Positions 52,484 to 64,000 of a stretch of DNA of 64,000 nt are shown piece by piece (positions within the stretch are counted from its first letter, which is position 1; each line of letters starts with the position of its first letter). The position numbers and the translations under genes were made by a program. Location: NCBI GenBank assembly GCA_028534125.1, contig CM052832.1, forward strand, positions 7,874,001 to 7,938,000. Reading direction: 5' to 3'. Origin of the DNA: Lama glama (taxonomy: Eukaryota). The notes under the pieces were generated by a model, which worked only from the letters and a program-made list of their open reading frames with translations, was not told the DNA's origin and made no database searches.

Positions 52484-53128
52484 CCCTCCTTCCCTCTCTT
52501 TAACCCTAGTTGTCTAAGATAGGGCAAACTTCTTTGGTGAGTCCAACACATTACTAGCTTATATTGAACGTGTAGCCAACTAACGATTTCATGTGAACTG
52601 TTATAAAGTTAGATCTCACATCTACCCACTCCCCCAATTCTACACTTGTGTGACTGACTTAAGATAAACACAGAACCTTAATAAAGTTTGACAGCATTGT
52701 TGAAATTAATCTTTAAAATGCCTTCACCAAAAAAAAAAAAAACAACAATAACACATCAAGAAAAATTAGATCTTTAAGTCTTAATCCATAACTGTGTAAG
52801 TAGTTGGGCAGAGAAGATACCTCCCTAAAGTTATACTGGGGGTAGGTGGGGGGAAACCTGAGGTATTAAAAAGTTAATCTATCTTAAAAAAAAAAAATTA
52901 ATCTTATCCGTGTGTAGAGAAATGACCATTCTATGCTAAAATGGTCAAAACTAATAAAACCACAAGGATTGCCTCCTAAGGATTTAATTAATATACTGGA
53001 TCGCTATTTGATTACCAGAGAGTTACTCACTAAATATGACAGAGTACATATTTGCTGGTTTGTGGGCACTCTGAAGTATCTAATTACTTCAAACAAAAGG
53101 CCACATTCTCAATTTTTTATATTTTGTT

Positions 53129-53435
53129 TTTATTCAAGAGTTTACTCACAGGCAGCACTTTAAAATCAGGCTTTTAAAATTAAAGGCCAAAACTGGAAAA
53201 AAAAATTGCAAATATGACACTGCTAAAAGAATGATCATCTTAATAATTTAACCCTAAAATGTCTTGTGGAGTTAAAGTCTTTATTCATAAATGTGTAAGA
53301 TCAATATCATTTAAAATAAACAACTGAAAAACCACATATCATGGGCAAATTTGTCAAAGATAAACATCAGTTTCAGCCTTGCAGGGTATGAACACCAGCA
53401 ATTAATTCATCTTGTGACAGAATATAAACTATCCT
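53129..53435 (-). terminator. CDC5L: CDC5L proximal 3'UTR with two AATAAA polyadenylation signals (53285-53280 and 53134-53129)
   Basis: Plus-strand TTTATT occurs at 53280-53285 and 53129-53134, about 150 and 300 nt past the stop codon. Confidence 0.65.
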
Positions 53436-53558
<123 letters not shown>

Positions 53559-54289
53559 TTAAATAATTATTTCATATGTAAGCACACTGAAAATTAAAAA
53601 TCTTATGGTACTTTGTCATCTTACAGACAGCTGACTTAAGTCAAGACTCTAAAGAGGCAAGCAGTCCCCAAAGAGAAATAAAAAGAGCAACTATTTTTGC
53701 TATGAAACCAGTGCTGCAGCCATTCTTTGGTCACATAACTATCATCTTATAAAATCCCTGCTGCTATCTCAAAAAAGAAAGCCATTATTGTCTCATCAAT
53801 ACCCACAAATGTGCTTAAAAAAGCCCTAGCTGCCCTTTATCTGGGCAGGGGCTATCATGGACACCTGGCAAATAGTTAAACCAAATCTGGCCAAAGGAAT
53901 TTGATGCTTTGGGATGACTGGCTATTTTACCAGCATTCTAAGTTACAAAACAAAAAGACACTAATGTACCCTGGAGAGCTGTATGAATGGGATCCAATTA
54001 AGTTTCAGGGGGACAAATCTCAAGGGTTACTTATCCCACTTTACAGTGTATCTATATATAAAACAGAAAATTAGTAAAAGAAAAGCCTATATATCCACAA
54101 CTGGCCTGGTCTATCCATCTACACACAGGCAATTGTGGATTAGAAGGTCAAAAGGATTTAGGCTCCCACTGAAAAAAGCCAGACAGTATCAACTGCAGAA
54201 GACAGCCTGGACAGGAAGGAGAAAAAGGAAAGCCCTGATAATTCTTCACAGCCCTCTTTCTAAGCAATGCTGCAANNNNNNNNNNNNNN

Positions 54290-54502
54290 NNNNNNNNNNN
54301 NNNNNNNNNNNNNNNNNNNNNNNNNNNNNNNNNNNNNNNNNNNNNNNNNNNNNNNNNNNNNNNNNNNNNNNNNNNNNNNNNNNNNNNNNNNNNNNNNNNN
54401 NNNNNNNNNNNNNNNNNNNNNNNNNNNNNNNNNNNNNNNNNNNNNNNNNNNNNNNNNNNNNNNNNNNNNNNNNNNNNNNGTTGTCATGTGACCTCTGTTT
54501 AT
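54290..54502 (-). CDS. CDC5L: CDC5L penultimate exon (only 54480-54502 visible, the rest lies in an N-gap)
   Basis: ccccAG|ATA AAC AGA GGT CAC ATG ACA AC = INRGHMTT, the start of the CDC5L segment preceding the last exon. The 54290 end is inferred from the 71-codon orthologous segment and falls inside gap 54276-54479. Confidence 0.88.
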
Positions 54503-55822
54503 CTGGGGAGTGGGGGGGAGTGCACATCATCACACATGAGATAAGCAGGCGAAATAACAGGACTAAAAAGGCACGCCTGGTCTTCTACTGCTGCAAGCAA
54601 AAGTACACTGGAGTTCCTTATGCTTCAGCTACCTTAGTACAGAATTAGGCTTAGGGTCTGTCTTGCACCTGAATGGTTTTAGTCCCAAATAAGCTATTCA
54701 TAGTAACTTTACCCTTGATTCAATCTCAAAGTAGGCTTGAATACCACAGTATGGGGAAAACTAATCTCTACCTACAAAAATAACTTCTGCTATCACTAAT
54801 CTGCAATGATTTGGGGACTGGCAGCAACCCACCTTCACCATCTGTATCTCAAAAATGCACTTCTATATTATACGTCCAGAATATTTTAATAACTGAATAA
54901 TAAATAGAGCATTGCTGTGATCAAAACATAACCTCCTCAAACTACAAAATTCCTCAATTATTTTTCTAATGTTATAATTCTAACTTTGGCATAAAACCCA
55001 CAAAGGAAAGAGAACATCACATTTGGCAATAAAAAAACTTTAATTTTTGAGGAGCAAATGAACACCATAAAATTAAAAGAAAAGACGGTTTTCCTATTAA
55101 GTATACTGAGCATAAGTGGGCTGCCTCCTCAGATCATTCTAAAATTAGAGGAAACAAATTTAAAATGCATAAATTCAAAAAAGAATTACAGAGGGACAAC
55201 AGAAGATTTCAACAAAATTCTGGAGCTGACACAGAAAGGCAGAGAAAGCCCCAACTTAGAGGGTCCAAGGAGAGGGGGCTGAGAAGGCAGCAGGTGTGCA
55301 ATGCAGAATCCCACCCCATCAGCAAAACACCTTCTCCAGGTGTACATTCTGTACCCCATGATATAATCATATCGCCATGATCTGTAAAGTCATGTTCCCA
55401 ACACACAACACTTAAAATTGTGAGGTCAAAACCTTAGGAATAATTATGAAATCTGTGTTAATTTCTTTGTGTCTCCCCTCTCCCCTCAAACTGATTCCGT
55501 CAAGTGACTTCTATAAGCAATCAAAATTAAGTGGTCTCAGGGTAATATAGCCCAAATGACTCTATAATTCATAATAATGTAACTAAGAGCACCCCATAAC
55601 AAAAAAGACAGTGTGACTTTTTTTTCTGAAATACTAAATATGATAAGTAGAAACGGTACCATGGGAAAATACTGTCAAATACAAAATACTGACATGAAAA
55701 GTATATACAGGATGTTTTTTAAATATTTAGAAATATAATCACCAACACAAAACAGCTTTCCCTGATAACAACTTTGAAACATCCACTTCAATGTGTAACA
55801 TCTGATTTAAAAACAAACATGT

Positions 55823-55916
55823 TGGGGTTGAAGTTATAGCTCAGTGGTAGAGCACATGCCTGGCATGCACGAGGTCCTGGGTTCAATCCCCAGTGACTCC
55901 ATTAACAGTAAGGGAG
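55823..55916 (+). mobile_element. tRNA-Ala-derived camelid SINE (Vic-1-like) with 15-bp TSD
   Basis: Box A tagctcagtgg and box B ggttcaatcc. TSD taaaaacaaacatgt at 55808-55822 and 55917-55931. Confidence 0.92.
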
Positions 55917-56349
55917 TAAAAACAAACATGTCAATCTCAATGCTTTCTTTAAAAAAAAAAAAAAGTAAGAACACCAAAAAACACAGTGTTCCCCAAAATA
56001 TACAGTACACTTGTACTGGAAAAGAAGTACTTTATACCCATCCATCTCCAGCTTAGTTGACTAGAAATCAAAGACAAGCCTATGGCAAAGGGGGTGGCAG
56101 GGAAGCAACATGTTGCATGCGTGCCTTCAGAGATGGAGATAAAATTTACATAAAGCTCTTTTAAAACCATTCATATCTTCAGCATTTTATAATAGCTAAT
56201 AAGCTTTTATTCCACTGCAATTCACTTGAAGACAAAAATCCATGAATAAATAATATAAATAAAGGAGCCGTTTCCCTCTAAGAGATAACAAATCAAAGTT
56301 CATTCCTCGGCCATGATATGCCTTCTAAGGGTCAGGAAGTACTAGGTAA

Positions 56350-56590
56350 AGTCAGCAGTACAGTAGAGTCGGGGAATGCGCCACACTTTCCACCAGGCAC
56401 TGCCACCCAGCTGTTTTGAGTTGATGTGGGTTATTTAACCTCTGTATCTCCATTTCTCCATCAGTAAAATGGCAGCAATTGCTAAAAGTTATAAAGTTTA
56501 AATGAGATAATGTATATAAAAGCCCTTAGCTGCCCAGAAACTGGCATAAAGTAAGCAGTCAACAAATGTTAGCTCTGATTACAATTATTA
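56350..56590 (+). mobile_element. MIR SINE
   Basis: ttatttaacctctgtatctccatttctccatcagtaaaatgg...aaatgagataatgtatataaaagc...aaatgttagct. Confidence 0.8.
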
Positions 56591-56809
56591 TAGGTTTGAC
56601 CATTTTGCTCTCCTCTCTGATGGACCAAGGGACTAAGGATAAGACTTTACAACCCCTTTTTAAATTCCAACTTTAATAAAAAATGACGTGGACCCCTTCC
56701 TGGGAATAAAAGCAAGGAAAAATAGCTGTTCTTTCTTTTAAGTGAGTAGTTTGCCTCTTGAGGACCACCACACCAAGTAACAGGAACTGGAGCACATCTT
56801 TTCAAGCCA

Positions 56810-57070
56810 ATGCTATTCAACTCCAGCTAAACTTTAGAATTACCTGTAGAGCTATTAAAATCTACCAGTGCGGGGAGGGTATAGCTCAGTGGTAGAGTGT
56901 GCACTTAGCATGCACGAGGTCCTGGGTTCAATCCCCAGCACCTCTGTTAAAAAAAGATAAATAAAATCTACCAGTGCTGTAAACCCAGAGACCCTTATTT
57001 AAATGGTCTCAGATCATTTTATTTTTAAAGCACCCCGTGATTCTAAGAGGCAATCAGAATGGAGAATCCT
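56810..57070. mobile_element. MER5B-like MITE interrupted by a SINE
   Basis: tagaattacctgtagagctattaaaa...tttttaaagcaccccgtgattctaa...gagaatcct. Confidence 0.6.
56872..56961 (+). mobile_element. tRNA-Ala-derived camelid SINE (Vic-1-like) with 16-bp TSD
   Basis: ggggagggtatagctcagtggtagagtg...gaggtcctgggttcaatccccagcacctc plus an A-rich tail. TSD taaaatctaccagtgc at 56856-56871 and 56962-56977. Confidence 0.95.
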
Positions 57071-58048
57071 CTTTAAGCCATTGCCATTACAGAAGCTAGA
57101 CACAGCTATTCTCCCTTAAAGAGACCTACCAACTAGATCCATGAGTTAGCTGCATCAAATTCCTTATACTATTCAGCATATTCCAAAAATGCCAACATTA
57201 AATACTCCAATACATGTGGATTCAAATACATCCCAAAAAACAGAATTTCAAGTTGATACATATAGTGATTTTTTTTAAAATTAGTCATACAAATTATCAT
57301 TTTCATTGGTTAAGATAATTCAATTAGCTATACACTGCACTTCATGGAAATTCAATTTCCAACCTGGTGTAACAACATAATACTTATGCTCAGAGTGTTT
57401 AATTAGTCATCAAGGCACATTTAGAATGATTGGTACCTTGTATCTGGGAATTAATCTCACCTCACAGTTGAGTCATTTATTATTCCCAAACCACCAAAGA
57501 TTTTAAAACTGCAAAGTTGCTAGCTTCCATTTAATGCCAACAATTTTATTTAATTTAGCTCAATCTTTATTAAAGTCTTCTGGCTCAAATATTGTGCTAA
57601 GATTCTAAGCAAATATGGAAATAAATTACACAAGAAAAAAAGCACAGAAAAAAATAATGTAGTCAAATAACCATATAAAGTTAGTATAAAAATATAAAGA
57701 AGAAATGAAATACAGCTTTTAATGTTCAATTTCAGCTTGGTTACCTTACATCTGCCATCTAGTCATTAAAATGTGAAAGAAGCTATCTGCATACTAGTAA
57801 GGGAGGGAAAAAAAACTAACATATAACGTCTGGCCTCTTTTCTAGCCAATAAATCTCTCAAGCATGAAATGCACATGCATACATGGAACAGAACTACCTT
57901 AAATCAGCCCCAACTCCCTCGCCCCACACTCACACACACACAGAAACAACATTAAAGTCCAACAGAGTATAGAAACTTACTGTTTAAAATAAACAGAATC
58001 GGAAAGAATCAGACTCTGATGTAACCAGATTAGTATTTCTAAGCCCTT

Positions 58049-58051
<3 letters not shown>

Positions 58052-58082
<31 letters not shown>
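58052..58082. repeat. (CA)n microsatellite
   Basis: Uninterrupted CA run. Confidence 0.95.
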
Positions 58083-58084
<2 letters not shown>

Positions 58085-58319
58085 TAAGCATTAGCAACTG
58101 CCCTGAAGGAAAACTTATTTTGAACAAAACAGTACTGGCTTAAGGAGCTTGTACTGCCTCTTATAGCTGATTTACCAAAAGTTCTCTCCCAAAAATGACT
58201 TTCAAACCACTGCATTTATAGCTGATTTACCAAAAAAGTTGTCAAAACTTTTAATCCAATTTAGCTAACACTAAGGGTATTTTGAACGTAAGAGACACGG
58301 GAGAGAATTCCCATTCACT

Positions 58320-58530
58320 AAAACTTGGTATTTGCTAGACGCAGTACCTCATTTAATCTTGTATTATCTCAAACTCTCACTTCCATGAGAGTAAAACTAT
58401 TACCCACCCAAATGTTACAGGTAAGAAAATCTGAGACCCAGAGAAGTTAAGTAACTTGCCCTAGGCCACACAGTAACTAAGTGATGAAGCTGTGCAGTTG
58501 CGTCTTACTCCAAAGTCCAACAAATCATGC
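58320..58530 (-). mobile_element. MIR SINE
   Basis: ttacaggtaagaaaatctgagacccagagaagttaagtaacttgccctaggccacacag. Confidence 0.85.
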
Positions 58531-60959
58531 CATACCACAGCTAATAAACCAGATGTCCTCCCTCCCTGCCTCAGCCCCTGAAATGCAAACATGCCTGAAG
58601 AAATTCAAGCTGTGGGATGAAATGGCTTAACGCCACCAGACTTCACTGAAAAACAAATTATTCTCAAATTATTCTAGACATCGTAAACAAGATCTTAATT
58701 AGTGGATTTGTCCATCATTTTTTCCTTGATTTAGATGTCAACCTGTGCGTAGCCACTTATAAGAATTTTGACACTGAAGAAAAGCTTTTCATTTCCCCAG
58801 CTCATATTTTTAAATTCTTAATTCTCTTATTCTTTAACAAGCTATAAAATTATAGGAAAACAAACATCTCTCAGAAAATTTATATGAGGAAAAAAGGTTA
58901 TTTTAACAAATTTTTCAGATGTTGGGCAGAATATAACTAGCCTACTTGGAGATTTTGCCAAAGCTAATCTTTTGCCATAGACTTTAAATGAGAGCAAGTG
59001 ATGAAGTTTCTCTTTTTCTGAGTGATACTTATACCATTATACTATTTAAATAAACAGAGTAGTATATGACGATCCCAATTTAGGTATAAACACCTACCTC
59101 CTTTCACCCACACATACATATGTGTGAATGTCCATATATTAATCTTTTTTAATCATATTTAATCTTATATATATACACACACACCCCAGGATGTTTAAGG
59201 CAATTATGTATGGATAGTAGGGTTTTCTCTTTATTTATTTTTTTCATTTAAAATTTTCTACAAAGTACAGGTATTATTTTTAGAAAAAATGCCTACAAAT
59301 GTTATTTTTTAAATGCATAGAAGAGAAACTGTCTAAAAAGGACTGGCCAGAGACCAATGGAAAACTGATGGTCCCCAGGAGATGAATCAGTGGAACTGTA
59401 AGTGTTTCCTCGGGTCATTACAAAAGGGGGCTGTATGGGACTTATAAAAGTGTAATTGTNNNNNNNNNNNNNNNNNNNNNNNNNNNNNNNNNNNNNNNNN
59501 NNNNNNNNNNNNNNNNNNNNNNNNNNNNNNNNNNNNNNNNNNNNNNNNNNNNNNNNNNNNNNNNNNNNNNNNNNNNNNNNNNNNNNNNNNNNNNTGAATT
59601 CTTGCTTGGGGACCCAGAATATAACCTTATACCACTGGAAAAACAGGTTTAAGGATACCGAAAATAAATATAAAGTTAATGGCAGCTCCACTTCCTAGTC
59701 CATCAATCCACAGTATGATCCTATAGTAGCAAAGATGTGGTTCAACCACCAAAATGTTTGCAAACAACAAGAGTTCACAAGTGACTCTGCTTTAATCTCC
59801 ACACTGTTCACCAGTATTGAGTTCTAGCAGTGAACCATCTCTATATTGAGATGCAGATCCAAATAAGTGATTATCGTCAGCACCTAGCGGACGATAGGTC
59901 ACATCACATTGCATCCCTGCAAAGCAAGCTAAGCAATAAGGCAAAACCTTACTAGAAGCTTTTTCAAGAACAGTAATGTACCAACAAAGGAATGCCGAGA
60001 GCATTTTACATCTGCGTAATTTAGGAAATGAAACAAGATAAACTGCATGAAACAAATTCAACTCATGTTGAGGCATAACAGAAGCAACATGGTTGTACCA
60101 AGGAAATCTCTGGTCCAGCTCTAGAGTTCTTGCTAGAAACAACCAAAAAATCTGTCAATGCCTTTAGGGGTCATGGCAGAAAGCAGAACGTGAGAAAGAG
60201 CATCCCAGGGTACTGGGAACTTCTTTCCTGCCACCTCATGCCACCCCCCTCACACCACCCCCCACAAGGGGACATAAGTGTAGACCTGCTGAGACACTAC
60301 AACATGTAATCCCTCCACCCAGAACTGCCCACCAACTTAATTTCTACCCTAAGTTTTCATTCTTTAAAGTATTAAGGGTATTTTTTTCCTGTGTAAAAAA
60401 AATCTGAGTTTATAATGAAAATCATTGAGAAAATAAGATCCATTGTGCAGCCAATTTTGCTGAAATATAACCATTCAGTAAAGTCAGGGGTCCCCATAAG
60501 AGTTCTACAAATACACTGAGAAGGTTTTTAAATGTGTTATCTGTGTTCTTTAAGTTACTTTATTTCCAAGAAGTCAATGTTACATAATATTTCTTGACTA
60601 AATTGACTGTGCCAGTAAAACACAGAGAGAAGTATTACTTCTGGACCTAGTTTCCACCTCTAAGGAAAGCCTTTCCATTTTTATAGCTAACATGACAAAA
60701 TCTACTTTTCAGCCAAACTTCCTCAACACAGCAGTTTAGATACTATTTCAAATACTATTAAATTTAATGGCAGGCCTAAATTCAGACTTCTCATTTCATT
60801 TTTGCACCTACTGGAAATTATTTCACTCAAAATAATTATGTCTTTAGACGATTTCCTATTTCCACTTAAAGTGGAAACAAATTAGAACACTTTAAATTCT
60901 ATTTGCACTTCCCAAATACAGTAATGACTCATTTATCTGGCATCATCGGAAAATGAGGT

Positions 60960-61090
60960 TCTCCACATGAAGTGTTTTCCAGGTAGATGAAGTCCACAAG
61001 AGCAGAGCACTCGTCTGCCTTGTTCCCTGCTACCCCCAGGGCCTAGAACAGAGGCTGAATGTAGGAGATGCTCAGTAACGTTCATGGAAT
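60960..61090 (+). mobile_element. L2 3' end
   Basis: tccacaagagcagagcactcgtctgccttgttc.ctgctacccccagggcctagaacag...taggagatgctcagtaa. Confidence 0.75.
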
Positions 61091-64000
61091 GTGCGGTTAA
61101 GTAAAGTACTAAAGTTCTTTTACTTTTAACCATTTGATGAAAACCCTTATACAATTACAGCCATCCTTCTTTTTTGTTTTTTTAAAAACATGACACTGAA
61201 CAGAAATTAAGCTCCTCTTATTAATTTGGGCTATCACTATAGAGAGCAATCACTCGACCCTGCCTACCAGACACGTGCAATGTCCTCCGAAGCTGTTCAA
61301 ATAGCAGTGCTTTTTGCCACTATATTTAAGTGGCCTCAACACGCTATGCTTTTTGAAGCTTTTCCTTTTCTGATATTAGCTGTCGGTTCTGTTTGCAGCT
61401 GCTGCCATATTTTACATACAAATGTCTGGTGAGGTTGTGAAATTAATTCTATCTCCTAAGCAGAATAAAATAAAATACATGGACTTGGTTACAATCCATA
61501 AGTCTTTCCTGCTTACTTCTGACCTGTGACTACACTCTGATTCTATTTATTTAACAGACTCCTTGTACCACCCACAACATTCTACATAAAATCTGAGATG
61601 GTTCTATTAGTTTTAAATGAGTATCTTAAGGATTTTCATTTAGTTCTAAGTTTCAAATATTAATCATGAGTAAATGGCTCGAAGACCAGCTCCAATTTAA
61701 ACCTCAGGGCATGTTTTTTAATCCATTTAGGATTAAAGCTGGACTTCATCTTACTTGATATGCTGTGATAGGGCCATAATTTAGATTCACTGTTTCAGAG
61801 TTCATGGCAGCAAAACTCAAACACACTGGCAGCCACGGTGTATATGCTTGCGCAGCAAGGCATAGCTCCCTGAACCTAAGAGTGGAAGGATAATTTAAGT
61901 ACAGCCTTTAGTTTATATAAGACAACTGGAGTTCCTTCCCCACAACAAACTTTGAATAATGTTTATAATTTAGCAATCAACTGAAATGATGAAAGAATTA
62001 CCACAGTTGAAATAAAATATTTATGTATTTCAAACCAGTAGAATTGTATCTTCAAAAACTAAAATAAGCTAAGATAAACCTCGTTCTGAATTAGGGATGG
62101 ATACAAATAAAATGGGGGATTTGTTTATTTGGGTTTTTCAGCCTCTTTTCTTCTCTTTAAAGATTTAATGAACTTTCATGTGAAATAAGCACAGTTTACT
62201 AAATTAAAGGACTTGATTACGTGTTCTTTAAAAGTAACTAGCTGGGTAAACAATAAAGCAAGTTATCCAGGAGTCAAGAAAAGAAAAACTACTTCAGACT
62301 GTTTTATGAATATTCTTCCAAAATCANNNNNNNNNNNNNNNNNNNNNNNNNNNNNNNNNNNNNNNNNNNNNNNNNNNNNNNNNNNNNNNNNNNNNNNNNN
62401 NNNNNNNNNNNNNNNNNNNNNNNNNNNNNNNNNNNNNNNNNNNNNNNNNNNNNNNNNNTCTCTGTATTTTTCCCTTCAAAACTCACAAGACCAATTCAAC
62501 ATAGAAATAAAAATTACTGTACTTTATGGCACCACTCACTTTGTGACACATTTATTTGCTGTCATGAAAGTCAGTGCCTGAACAAAGTAAATGAGATTTA
62601 GGGGAAATTTTTCTTTTTATATTTTAAACAGCACAAAATGTCCTTACCATTTGAGGAAACAAGAATTTACCCACCTCAAATGAGGAGATTTTCAAACTAA
62701 GTGAGAGACCTAAGTATTTACATGTAAACATTACAAGGAAGATTTCCAAACAGCTTTCCAATCAGTTATGATGCTGACCTTAGATCAGAATTACACTAAC
62801 TACCACTTATAAGAAATGAAGCCTACACAACAGAAAATATAACTTAAATTTAACCACTGATGTTCTTTCAGCTTTCCCTGACTTTGTGAATTAAAACACA
62901 GAGCAACAGCACACCCTGCTGGAAATTAGTCATACAGCTAGAGCAGTCAGCAGCACTGGATCGTTAAAATTTCACCCAAGATGAGAATTACTTCAGAAAC
63001 TCATTTCCCACTACATGATAAAAGAGGTTCACAGTATTACCATTAGGTGCTATACATGTGATCTTACAGGTAAAATTAAGAAATTAAAGGATATTGCTTT
63101 TTCCAGCTCATTTCCCTAGCCTCACACAGCCCCAACTACCCCAGGTGATTTTACTATTTTTTATTTTAATCCTAAACAAAAACATTTTAAAATCTACTTT
63201 CTGTAAAGAGAAACTGGTAATCAAATAAGGAGAATTTGAGGCCACTTTCTAATGTGATTGCCTAAAGCACCCCTAGCTCCTTTGCAACCCAAGATCTCTT
63301 GGCCTCAGAAACATCCCTGAAGACTATCGTTAAGAATTCACAAGGCAGCCTAGTAGTCTGTGAGCCTCAATTTACACACCATTGGCAAAATGCCTACACA
63401 GATTCTGGAATTCAAAACATGCAGACCATATTAAGAAACCACATGCCATGAAACTCCCATCCAGCATACTTCAACATTTGTACAGACATGAAAAATCACA
63501 GAAGCCATTGTCAACAACATAATCCAGCTCAGTGCTCTCTCTATAACAAACTCACAGGAATCAGAGGATGAACAGGAAGGAACCAGAGTTTAAGTGTGCT
63601 CTCCTCGCTACAGAAAGCAAGCTCCTTGGGACACTGAGATCCTTCCTTAGAGAAAAGAGCTATCCTAGCATTGATCTACATTGTTCTGAGCGACTAGTGT
63701 TCACTTCTTGGCTCCTTGCTCCCACATCTAAAAGGTTTTGACTGACTTGTGGTCAGCCTGGAGGGCACTCTATCACAAAGGCCAGCAACTCTGAAAAACC
63801 AATGAAGAAGGCCAAGGAAGATCAAACGCTTCAGTGCAGTTTTTCGTTAAGTACAGAAGTAACAATTATCTTAGATCTTTTTTTCTGAAGTTATCTCCAG
63901 TAGTAGTATTTGGTTTATTATTTCAATCAAAGTACATTTAAATTAGAATTTTAAAAGGATACCAACCTCAAGCCTCTTTTCCAGTGACTCAATTCTGTCC

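Larger units (their letters stand above)
54503..64000 (-). other. CDC5L: CDC5L long intron upstream of the penultimate exon (continues beyond the window)
   Basis: No further CDC5L peptide is recognisable. The sequence is AT-rich with interspersed repeats. Confidence 0.8.

Noticed and set aside
56872-56945. tRNA-like sequences (also at 55823 and 41460)
   Set aside because: They have A-rich tails and/or TSDs and occur as multiple diverged copies, so they are tRNA-derived SINEs, not tRNA genes.

Overview
Mammalian genomic DNA, most likely a camelid (alpaca or camel), inferred from three tRNA-Ala-derived Vic-1-like SINEs; the assembly is draft quality with 10 N-gaps. The only recognisable gene is the 3' end of CDC5L on the minus strand. 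Its last coding exon is 53540-53436 ([34 protein letters not shown]). Its penultimate exon starts at 54502 (INRGHMTT...) and is mostly hidden in an N-gap, and the preceding intron runs past the window end. The ~52 kb downstream is intergenic: GC-rich to about 35 kb, then AT-rich and L1-rich, and dense in MIR, L2, L1, MLT1/LTR and MER elements. Almost all ORFs in the supplied track are spurious. I see no clearly novel biological system. The best leads are two exon-like, stop-containing blocks in the CDC5L intron (candidate poison exons), an unusual C-rich splice acceptor, several enhancer- or CTCF-like islands, and two assembly artefacts. Repeat boundaries and subfamily names are by-eye estimates from recalled consensus sequences.
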